Assembly (NCBI GenBank): GCA_016906335.1
Contig: JADEYG010000012.1
Location: 124,001-188,000, forward strand
Direction of reading: 5' to 3'
DNA: 64,000 nt
Source: Novakomyces olei
Lineage: Eukaryota
A program made the translations under genes and the position numbers. The notes below the pieces were generated by a model, which had not been told where the DNA came from, ran no database searches, and worked only from the letters and a program-made list of their open reading frames with translations. Positions 37,594 through 48,036 of the stretch are shown piece after piece (the first letter of the stretch is position 1; each line of letters begins with the position of its first letter).

Positions 37594-38717
37594 TCAAAGC
37601 TCGTCCCGCACTTGCCCTCGCGAAAATGCGTGCCGGATATCTGGACGTCAGCAAAAGCATAAAAAAAAAAAATAGCACGATTGATAAAGCTCCGTGTAAA
37701 TTCTCTTCCACATACCCTTCTGAAACTCGGCCGATGCCGACACTGGAAGCACCACATTCCATGTTATAAAAAGATCGCCAAAACTATTGGACGGCTCATT
37801 CGCCTCGGAATCCCATCTCGGCATTCCCTCACCCTTCACGCGCTCTACTTCGCCAGGCTGAACGGTTTTACCCGCAGGCCGAGTGAGTTTTATCGTCCGT
37901 CCATCCAAATGCTTCAGATCCACACTCCAGCCGCCAAGTAATGCGTCCTGCACAGAAATAACTTGACTGCGGAACAAATTTTCGCCTTTTCGTAGCCAGC
38001 CTTGCTCGCGTGCATTTTGCTTATTTTCGTTATCGGCCTCGGTGAATTTAAATATTAAATCACCCGTCTCCCAGTCGGGACTTTCATCAGCCTCACCTTC
38101 GTACACTACTGTGAAGCCGTCGGGTGCTCCTCGCGGTACTGCAATCTCATACTTGTCACGTTCCCGTACGACTTTATCGCCATTGCAGCGCGGACAAGCG
38201 TGCTTGATAATAGCGCCCTTGCCATTACACGCTGTACACGTAGTCTGCACGTTTTGAATAAAGCCTGGAGCCAGCATATGCCTTATAGTCTTGACACCAT
38301 GGCCAGAACACTCGCTGCAACTGACTCGCGCTTGGTCTCGAGGGTATTTCGGGTCGATTCCTTCACCGGCACATTTATTACACAGCTGCTGGCGCTCAAC
38401 ATTTATACTGACACTGCCACCGTTGTAAAACATGTCCAAATCAATGGCTAAATGTGTCTCTGCATTGGGGCCTTTCCTGACTTGCTGCTGTTGCCTGTGG
38501 CCAAAGAACCTGGCAAACATGTCGAACGGATCATGATGGCCCGAAGCAGGCTGGCCCTGTGCATGACGCTTTACCCCTTCTTCACCATGCTGATTATAAA
38601 TTGTACGCTTCTCACTGTCTATAAGGACTTCATACGCTTCTGCGACCTGCACAAAGTTTTCATGAGCGCTCTCATCGCCGCTGTGTTGTTAGTGACGGGA
38701 ATAGGTGAATAGCATCG

Positions 38718-38748
<31 letters not shown>

Positions 38749-39055
38749 AATAAAAAAAAAATTAAAAAAAATTGAACTGAACTGATTTGAATTCAAACAA
38801 AAATGAAGGTCATCACTTACGGGTTCTTGTCAGGGTGGAACTTTTTTGAGAGTCTCCGGTATGCACGTTTAATTTCACTATCTGACGCGTCGCGCTGCAG
38901 ACCTAGAACCTGATAAAATCGTTAATACATGTGACACGTGTCGAAAAACGACAAAGTGTATCGTGACTGCTGCATACCTTATAATAGTCGGCATCCGCCC
39001 AAGCACACAGGGCGAACAAGGCCGTTATTAATATGCACAAAAGTCTAATATGCAT
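37594..39055 (-). CDS. SCJ1: ER-lumenal type I DnaJ chaperone (multi-exon)
   Basis: Signal peptide then ADYYK; J-domain FHPDKN; four CxxCxGxG-type motifs; C-terminal RDEL* ER-retention signal. Confidence 0.9.
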
Positions 39056-39369
39056 CCTCCATGCCCAATCACTGCGACGCTTTCAAATGAAAATAAAGTG
39101 TACGTTAAAGGCCTCCGAGGCTCGTCACAATTAATATGCGCTTTATGTATTATACAGTACCATGACAATTTTAATATTTGTAAATATATAAACTGAAACT
39201 TTAAATTATTGTGAATATAATTAATAAGTAAGCCTATGATCCTATATTAAAATGATAATTGCTCTCATCAGACAAAGAGCAGGCGCGAAAACTATTTACA
39301 TTAATTGTATCTGTGCCGACCATTTGGCCAACACATTCTATGCTTCGACAAACGTTCAAGCCCCCTCAT

Positions 39370-41074
39370 TTACGTTTGATTGTTCGTCAACGGTGATAAT
39401 TTCGCCTGGTTTTTCCGATACAATTCCAATTCTTGAGCAAACTCTGCCATAACACGCAGCTCCCAACGTCCAAACAGGAGACCAATCATGAACCCGTTCA
39501 CTGTTCCCAGTATCCCAACGCAAACAGCGACAAATGAAAGCACAAATGAAACAACAGCAGTATTCCTGACAGGAGGAATCCAAATAGATCCTAGAAGCAG
39601 TCCGATTATTACAGGAATCGTAAGGCCGAGATGCAATAGTCGCAAATAGTAATGCCTTTCTTCTCGGCGTGTATACGCACACCTTAACGAATCGACATGC
39701 CTCCATAGCCGAGCATCAAGACCAGTATTCGCCGCCGAGTCTCCTCTCTCTATGTTCAGCACGACATACAGACCAAAATGGTCTGAATAAGAGACTCCTA
39801 AGTCTTGAATTCGTTCTGTAAAAACTACTGTAGCCTCTTGTGCTTTTGTGCTTTGTGGATCATGGAAGACATAATCGTAGCGTCGAGCCCTTCGTTCACA
39901 CTTTAACCTCCACGTATTGAGTCGACTGTCGCAAGTGCAACCTTCCTGCTCCACACATTTCAACTCGTACGCATCGTCAGTTCCACCTTGCATTAAAGCC
40001 GCATTGGGTGGAGCTTCATCGCTACTCGAATGCTGGGATATATCATCGGCATGGGCAGAAGCCCACGTGTCTGCCACACCGCCTACGCTCTGTACAAGCT
40101 CGGGACATGTTGATCCAGGATGGCTATTGAAATCGCCGCCCTTTTGTTAGAGAACGATTACGATGAAGCAAAAATTAAATAATAAATAATAAATAATAAA
40201 TAATAAATAATAAATAATAAATAATAAATAATAAATAATAAATAATAAATAATAAATAATAAATAATAAATAATAAATAATAAATAATAAATAATAAATA
40301 ATAAATAATAAATAATAAATAGTAAAAAATAGATAATAGATAATAAACAAAAAAACGGATAAAGCGAAAGGCCAATAAAGGCGAATTATAAACATAAACA
40401 TAAATATAAATATAAATACAAATACAAATATATTATAATGAATTGAAAAGCCAATTCCCATTGAAACATCAAGCTTACTGCAATAACAATATGACCGCGT
40501 TCTACAGCCGTACGTAAAAGCTTCCCCATTTGAAAGGCCTGGGCGACACGATGGTACTCATACGAGTCTACTACCTCTCCATAAGGCGCATGTAGCTAAA
40601 AATGAGTAAGAAAAAGACACCAGAAACAAAAACGTACATGAGTGTTAAAGGCTTCAATGATGGATCCGCTAGGGTGCTGAATTGTAGCGCTAGCCACGCC
40701 CTTACCCACATACCAGTCGCCGCGGAAAAAAGCTTGCGGCCGACCGTTAAGGCGATAAGGAGTCATACTAGCGTCAATGATGGGCCAGCGACTTAAAATA
40801 ACAAGACCTCCGCCCATAATTCCAGAGTAGTAAAACTGAGAGTAGGGCAAATGTTCCGAAGCAGTGCTAGCGATCCATTCGTAGTCATCATGAACCCAAA
40901 CTTCTTGCAATAGAACAATGTCATACAAGTCGCTGGCGGCAATTGCTCGGCCAATGGCCCGTAGACGCTGCTCACGCAGCTTTGAGACCAGCCAAAGCCC
41001 CCTGCCGTGTAAGAAATATTTACATTATATTTCGTTTACCAGCAATTGAGCGATAGCACCCGAACCGTCGACAT
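39370..41074 (-). CDS. ISC1: Inositol phosphosphingolipid phospholipase C / neutral sphingomyelinase (multi-exon)
   Basis: MSTVRVLSLNCW/GLWLVSK, LQEVW, LNGRPQAFFRGDWYVGKG, NTH/LHAPY, GDFNS, SDHFG and two C-terminal TM helices. Confidence 0.92.
40176..40320. repeat. (AATAAAT)n 7-bp repeat, about 20 copies, in an ISC1 intron
   Basis: Direct observation. Confidence 0.96.
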
Positions 41075-41358
41075 GCGATACGCTTTATTCCATTGGATTG
41101 GTCAATACTAATGCTCCACGCCTTCTCTCTACACTTTACATCGAACTAAGAAGCTAGTTATAATTTAAATACCTTATGATCCATATTTACCAGGTATAGT
41201 ATCGTTATATACTTGGATTTTGTGTATAATGCTTGATTTACATGTATACTGGAAAAAATAAATTTAAAAAATAAATTTAGGGAATATTTCAAAGATATGA
41301 ACCACACATTGCTGATATCGCAAGTTGTGGACCAGCAAGACTGCAATACTCATCCTTG

Positions 41359-42528
41359 TTAGGACGACTCGTCTCGCAGATAATCAAGGTTGAGTCGAGC
41401 AATTTCGAGCAATTCTTCAAGCGCGCCTCGTGGCAGAGATCGTCCATTATCCAATGATACCAAGGCAATTGGAACTGATCGCTTTTTCGTATTGCGTTTG
41501 TGCTGTTTTATATGTCCAGATTCATGCTTAGATTCGGTTCTGTTGTCAAGCAGCAGTGGCTCTTGTAAAACATTGACACTACTTTCTTCATTTGCTTTTG
41601 CAACTGGATTTTTGCGAATTTTTACAGGAATCTTTGAAATGGCCCCGCCTTCGGCTGTTGAAGAAATTTCCGGGCTATTTGCGACTTTGCATGGCTCATC
41701 TTGAATTGGTTCAGCCGCGTGTTTTCTTGGAATTGCCTCTTCATTCTCTTGCAGCTGTGCTTGTGATTTAGACTTGGCTTTGGTCCCTTTAGGTTTGGTC
41801 CCTTTAGGCTTGGTCCCTTTAGGCTTGGCCATTTTGGGATGATTTTGCTCTCTGGTCTCCGTCCGCTTTTCCTGCTCTGTCTTTAATTCCAAAAATGATG
41901 GCGCAAAAGCGTCAGAGGGCTCATCTGCATAAAGCGGAACTTCAACAGGTCGCGAAGATGCAAGTTCTTCAATTGAATCTTGTGCTGATTCAACTTCCTG
42001 AGCCTTTTTGCTTTTGCTAGACGACTGATGTTCGCCTTCGGATTGAACTTTAGCTTTGCTCTCACCATTTTGCTTTACAGACTTGCTCTTTGCTTTTGCT
42101 TTCTTTTGTTTAATAGTGCAGGACCCTGTGCCTTTAGCTTTGGGCTGCGTCTCATCTGCTCCCTTTGGTTTTGCAACGCTCCCGCTCGTTTCAGACGGAA
42201 ACAAAGCTTCCGACTCAACAGACGGAGCAGAAGTCTGTGGGGCACTTTCAGTCTCACACGAATAAAACTCATCGCCATCTGTGACTTCATTTTCAGGACT
42301 TTCAAATTCAATCTTTATATCCTCCGGTGCAACCGACGCCCTAAACTTGCGGCCCTGTTGGTCGTGATGGTCAACGGCCATTATGCGCTTTGATTGGACG
42401 GTCGACTGGCGTTCGCCTCCCTTGTGAAGCCTTTCATTCAAATCATCAACTAGGTTGGCCACAAGATCCTGGATCATTTTATCAAGAGTATATTCCATTA
42501 CACGACGGCCATGCTTCGAGTCGTTCAC
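41359..42528 (-). CDS. Hypothetical low-complexity K/E/S-rich protein; 5' end uncertain
   Basis: 389-codon ORF with a KPKGT repeat. The frame stays open to ~42603, so an upstream exon is possible. Confidence 0.6.
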   Translation of the reverse strand: MNDSKHGRRVMEYTLDKMIQDLVANLVDDLNERLHKGGERQSTVQSKRIMAVDHHDQQGRKFRASVAPEDIKIEFESPENEVTDGDEFYSCETESAPQTSAPSVESEALFPSETSGSVAKPKGADETQPKAKGTGSCTIKQKKAKAKSKSVKQNGESKAKVQSEGEHQSSSKSKKAQEVESAQDSIEELASSRPVEVPLYADEPSDAFAPSFLELKTEQEKRTETREQNHPKMAKPKGTKPKGTKPKGTKAKSKSQAQLQENEEAIPRKHAAEPIQDEPCKVANSPEISSTAEGGAISKIPVKIRKNPVAKANEESSVNVLQEPLLLDNRTESKHESGHIKQHKRNTKKRSVPIALVSLDNGRSLPRGALEELLEIARLNLDYLRDESS

Positions 42529-42798
42529 ATATAAAATCCTCCCCCTGTTGCAAAGGAGCCTAGGCGGAGGTTCAAACTGATGTCTGTAATGGCTGCTATT
42601 TATTTAACAGTTGATGTCTCCAATCTAAGTGTTATTCGCCCTCATTTGCTGTCAGGCAAATTGAAACTCCGCCTTTTCCATTTTCTCTCCAATTCTAACA
42701 ATCATATGCATTCAGCAGCGACGACGTCTAGACGCGTAGGCTGTGCTTCATAATCTGTCACTCGGAACAATTTATGATATGAGCAATGAAACCATGTC

Positions 42799-44133
42799 AT
42801 GACAGAGGCAGAGAATCGTCCAAGCGTGTCCCTACCAAGCGGAAAGCCTGTCTTTGCACTTTACTATCTAAGCCAGGCCCGTTCTTATATGGTGCTTACT
42901 CACGATGCAATGATCCGTGCCTGCTGCTTTGATATTGTTGACGCCTTATCACTCGGCGTTAGCGGGTTCGCCTTGGCTGTAGAGTCAGGAGAGCCATCGG
43001 AGAGAGTTTTCTTGGAAGCAATGTACTGTGCGGCCGAGATGGTCTCCTCTTTAAATCATACTAAAAGCTCTTCAGTCAGAGGCAATTCGTCCTTTGTAAT
43101 ACTAGTTTGTATACTACACAGCGCCTTTTCTTTACTCGGCAACGAGCAAGCGCTCGAGGATTGTGTTGTGAGAAACGCAATGTCAAAAGTACAGTACAGG
43201 TGCCGTCGGCGTCGGGGCCGTCGGCGAGAGAAGGCACAGCAAGAGCATCTTGCTGGCCAGCCTTTGCTTTATATTATACGTGACCCGCTACACAGACAGG
43301 AGGCAAATGCGAAAAGTATACGACGCTTGACCACGAAACTGGCACACAAGGACGCGGCAGTTTTAGCGTTGGACGATAGCCTTTTGAGCCTAGACACCGA
43401 CAACGATGAAGTAGTACGCATTCTTAAATCTACAGGCTCAAACAAAGATAATTTGTCATTAGAATCCGAGATGGCACAGCTGTCGCAACGTGGAATCCGC
43501 CTAACTCTTTGTGTCGGCACAATCATTGCAGATTCACAAGACCAAGAAGGCAAAACTGGACAGAATTTGCCAAAAGGCAGTTTCAGTACAAAGTGGGCCA
43601 CTTGCCTACGAGTCAAACCGCACAGAGTGTTACTGATGAGCTGGAACGGCTTCGAACAGGGCGATTACTTGTGTCCAAGGCTGAATCCCGTACTGGAAGG
43701 TGTACGTACGGCTAATGACTGCTCACTGGTCGACCTGCTCCGACTTTGCCCGCATAATGGGTTTGCTGCTTTGACGAGGAACCTTGTAGCCTGCTTTCGC
43801 GGGATAAAACCTGCTGACAGCCTGGTTTGCATTTACCATCCTTTGCATGTACAGCAGGAGCAACAGCAGTACTTTGTTATTCACTCCTTCACTTTGCGTG
43901 ATATTGCAGCGAGTCTACAACTGGATGATTTTGCCGAGTTTAGGTTTTATTTGCGCGACGGCCAAACATTGCACTTTGTCCCTTTTCCTGCTGGGCTCCG
44001 GCAGGCGTCTGAGATTCGGCTTGTATTGGACACGGGCGAGACGATTACGAGCACTTCTATTGGCCTGGTTCCAAACCTGCCCTTGGTTCGGAACAGTGTT
44101 ACAAGTGCCTGTTGTATACTGCAAGCGGACTAG
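42799..44133 (+). CDS. Hypothetical protein, no family recognised
   Basis: 444-codon ATG-initiated ORF. Confidence 0.55.
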   Translation: MTEAENRPSVSLPSGKPVFALYYLSQARSYMVLTHDAMIRACCFDIVDALSLGVSGFALAVESGEPSERVFLEAMYCAAEMVSSLNHTKSSSVRGNSSFVILVCILHSAFSLLGNEQALEDCVVRNAMSKVQYRCRRRRGRRREKAQQEHLAGQPLLYIIRDPLHRQEANAKSIRRLTTKLAHKDAAVLALDDSLLSLDTDNDEVVRILKSTGSNKDNLSLESEMAQLSQRGIRLTLCVGTIIADSQDQEGKTGQNLPKGSFSTKWATCLRVKPHRVLLMSWNGFEQGDYLCPRLNPVLEGVRTANDCSLVDLLRLCPHNGFAALTRNLVACFRGIKPADSLVCIYHPLHVQQEQQQYFVIHSFTLRDIAASLQLDDFAEFRFYLRDGQTLHFVPFPAGLRQASEIRLVLDTGETITSTSIGLVPNLPLVRNSVTSACCILQAD

Positions 44134-44506
44134 AAAAAAAGCAGTGTGCTTAAAGCAAGTATTAGTGATGGATATAAGGCAAACTACATCGGCCTTTACG
44201 ATAGCGGCTGCCTTGACAGCAAAAGTAGGTACAGATTTAGTGCTAGAAAAAGATGACCTGCGTATAGCAATAACCATTCAAAAGCGAAATCCTGCTAATT
44301 GCAAAAGAAAGCGCGTAGACGGAAGCTTGATCGTGTAGTAATAAAGCCGATCATGCTAAAAATAAAATAACTAGTGTCTGGTAAACCGTTAAAAATCCGT
44401 ATAATTCCCGAAAAAGCACGTCATGAGCCCCGGAAAAGCTGGCTCCGTCTACAAAACTTTCGTCTACCAAACTTTGGGTGTGCCTGGCTCGTCAGAACAC
44501 TAGTCT

Positions 44507-44707
44507 TTAAACAATTGTAGATCGCTTACTTTGCTGTGTTAAAAGAAGACCGAACCGCTTCTTTAACGTGACACGCTGCCGGGAGTACTTGTCATCCGGT
44601 GAGAACCGTGCAGGGTGTGCGGACTTTGTTACTTGGCCGGCAGGAGTAAACTTTTTCAGCGTATATTGCCGTTTGCCATCGCTGTCCAGCGTATACATGA
44701 GATGCAT
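44507..44707 (-). CDS. NOP10: H/ACA snoRNP subunit Nop10
   Basis: [17 protein letters not shown]...[29 protein letters not shown]. Confidence 0.97.
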   Translation of the reverse strand: MHLMYTLDSDGKRQYTLKKFTPAGQVTKSAHPARFSPDDKYSRQRVTLKKRFGLLLTQQSKRSTIV

Positions 44708-45245
44708 CTTGCCGTGTAAAATATTCGCAGCGCGCTCGAAAATAATTGTATTAACGATCTACAGTACACAGCTCTGCACATAATCTTACCACTCTGCACA
44801 AGTAATATACCTAATTTCTGATGCGCCTGGATCTGTATATCCTTACCAATTTATCGCCCGTACGCTTACTTGTACATTGACACATGCAGTGTTTACACAT
44901 GGAGAAATCATATACACGTTGCAGTTACAGACTGCCGAGGTCGTAAATGGTTTGGCCGCGGTTTACCACACTAAAGGATACTGCGATAATTCAACTATTG
45001 TATATTACCTCCATTAATTCTGCACAGTACTGTATCCTTTTTGGGTTGCATGCAAAAATGGCTGTTAACCGAACAAACGACCAAGACCACGCGTAAAAAA
45101 GTATTAATTAAGGCTGTTGCAAGAGCCAAGACCAGAAACCAAACGTAAACAGATAATAGTATATATACGTAACACGACAAAAAGAGCCTACAGTACAACC
45201 AATCAAAGACAAGAGAAACGTTTCCCGCGCAAGTGTCCAGGATTT

Positions 45246-45881
45246 CTACCCCTTGCGAGCAGGCGGAGGGTAAGACGGGGGCGCATAATTAGGAGCAGAA
45301 GAGCCTGAGGCGTTGCCGCCAGGTGGTGGAGCATTGTAAGACTGCATCGGGTAAGACTGGTTCTGTGGATTGTAATTTCCGTAGCCCTGTTGTGGAGGCG
45401 GTGCATAGTACTGCCCGTGAAAATTGGGTTGCTGCCCTGGCGGCGCATATGGAGGTGGATTCCCCTAAACAGTTAGTCTTAATCGGCCGTAATACATCAA
45501 CATTATTGAACAATATTCTTGAGCAATATTCTTCTTGTTTTTGACCCGTCTGCTGTTGCCCTGTTTCCGCACAGTGTCTTTTGGCCAACAATCTTTTCTG
45601 GCTCAAACGTCTTTTCCTCTCACTCATTTACGATAGGTTTCCCACTTACAGTAACGGCACTCGGCGTTATCCAATTTGTGTACTTCATATTCTGCGAGCC
45701 CTGCTGCTTGCGACGACGGTTTATGCATCTATTATTATCAGCATTTCAGCGCAGGTATTTTGACTTACAAGATCATGAACCAGAGGAGAAATGCTGCGCC
45801 TACAAGGACGGCTAAAAGCACCCATCGTCCCCAGCCATACCAGTGGCCATAGTTATTGCCGCCATAGTAATAGTAAGGCAT
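45246..45881 (-). CDS. RCR-family (chitin synthesis regulation) single-pass membrane protein (3 exons; missed by the ORF track)
   Basis: Spliced reading MPYYYYGGNNYGHWYGWGRWVLLAVLVGAAFLLWFMI / CINRRRKQQG..YTNWITP / PPYAPP...YAPPSYPPPARKG*. GTAAGT donors near 45768 and 45649. Confidence 0.72.
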
Positions 45882-46299
45882 AATAAAGCGCTTGCTAAAG
45901 ACGAGATCAGTCGACTGAGAGTGTCAAAGAGAGTGAGTTGACGGCGGATGTCTGATCTTTGTTTGGAGAGCAGTCTGCGTGCGACGTATACGTCCCAGAA
46001 TAGTCGTCGTTCCTATATAATATTATTCATACAATTATCCCGTACTATGGATACGCACCTCACTATAGCCAAACACTCTTATAACATTATATACATTTCT
46101 ATTATGACATATACACTCTTATAACATTATACACACTTTTATAATCGCATTATATACATTTTTATTACAACATTATATCATAGCACCATATTAGTTCACT
46201 TATTCTACAGAGTTACCTTTTAAAAATAATCATAATATTGTGATGTACAAACTAGTATTATATTCGTAGTATTATATTCGCTGCGCTTCCTTCATATAG

Positions 46300-47705
46300 A
46301 TGGAGGTTCGAGCAGAGCTTACTGGCCACGCGTACGGAGTCACGTGTGCAGCCTTCAGCCCGGACGGGCGGTACCTTGCTTCCGCGTGTAAGTTGACGCA
46401 TTAAATTTACAAAAAAATTACAAAACATGCTTGCTTATCAGATCTGTTTGCTCATGAATAGCTGCGGACGCTTCGTTAAGGGTTTGGTCGATCGATGAGG
46501 AGCAAGTGCTGAACTCGCGTCTCGTATCAGTATTCTATGGACACACTGCTGGAATCAATTGGGTGTGCTGGATGCGAGACTCGCAGACCCTTGCGTCTGC
46601 CAGCGATGACGCGACTGTACGCGTCTGGTCACTCGCAAAAGGGAGTGCGATACGCATGCTAAAAGCGCACACGAGCTATGCTTACGCCTGTGCTTTCAAT
46701 CCGTCTGGAAACTTGCTCGCGTCTGCCTCTTTTGACGAGACAATCAGGCTCTGGGACGTTAAGAATGGAGCCGTTATCCGTACAATTCCTGCTCATGCAG
46801 ACCCAGTCACCGCCGTCTCTTTCAGTCCCGATGGATCTATCGTGTGCAGCTGCTCCTACGACGGGTTAATGTAAGACTGTGTTTTTGGTTCAAGAAGTTT
46901 TTTTTTGGCAAGCAAACGCTTTTTATTTAATGGGGATTATATTAATGCCCAGCCGTCTATGGGACACAGCAACAGGACAGTGCTTGAAGACGATGGTTAC
47001 ACAGGACGCCAATCCTCCAGCCTGCTTTGCCGCTTTCACGCCCAATGGGAAATACGTGCTTGCCGCTACGCTTGATAGTGCCGCAAGACTATGGAACTTT
47101 CATACCGGAACAGAAGTGAAAGAGTACCGCGGCCATTTGTGCACAAAGTATAGCAGCAATTTTGTGTTTTCTACCGACGGTGCCTACCTGTAAGTGCGAC
47201 CTGGCTTTGGCGTAAAGCTTTGGCTTGATTGCCTCTTGCTTTGTGATTTCGATCATGGATTTCCATTTTACAATCGTATTTTCCGCATCTGATTCGAGCG
47301 GCCTTTGCCAGACTCTGAAGTCTGATATCTCCAGTTTCGCTCTACATTGCATGCTTCCTGCTGCTTTACTAATTGCTCTAGACTGAACGGTTCGGAGGAC
47401 GGGATTTTGCGTGTATGGGATATCCAGTCTGGTACTATCGTGCGGACTTTGCACGTGTCCTCAAGTAAATCACTCTTTTGTCGTCTCGTCACTTACACTA
47501 TACAGAACCCTGCTTGTTTGTGGCGATGCACCCGAATGGCCGTCTGCTCGCAACTGCCTCACTTGAGCCTGTAGTAAGGCTTGTCAGCTTTGAGCCTGAC
47601 AAAGACGACGGGTTTAATCAACCAAAACAAGACAACCTCAATACCTCGCCCGTTGAAATTGGCCTGCAATCGCAAACCGCCGATCGGGCAGTAGCGGCAA
47701 GCTGA
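46300..47705 (+). CDS. WD40-repeat protein, WDR5/Swd3-like (multi-exon)
   Basis: GH..GV.CAAFSPDG.YLAS, LASASDDATVRVW, SASFDETIRLWDV, AHADPVTAVSF, RLWDTATGQCLKT and GSEDG. Confidence 0.85.
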
Positions 47706-47770
47706 TTGGTCTGTATATATTATCTGCATCCTAGGTTTAGGCGCACCGATAGACTGTAAATAGCAAATAA

Positions 47771-47773
<3 letters not shown>

Positions 47774-47817
<44 letters not shown>
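47774..47817. repeat. (ATT)n microsatellite
   Basis: Direct observation. Confidence 0.93.
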
Positions 47818-47819
<2 letters not shown>

Positions 47820-48036
47820 TTGAAACGCGATTAGCGTCAATTTATTTTTTGTATATTTTATGTGTAATTTATATCTTTAATTGGCCTCGTACAAATTCCT
47901 TTACGATTCTGATCGGCCAGCCATTCGCGTCAGTATTCGCTCGATACGAGGCTCCAGTGGCGGCGCGCTCGTCGCCCTGACAAGCGCATTTCAGTGCTCG
48001 GCACCTTTGTGCCGCATTGTCTCGTATATTGGCGGT

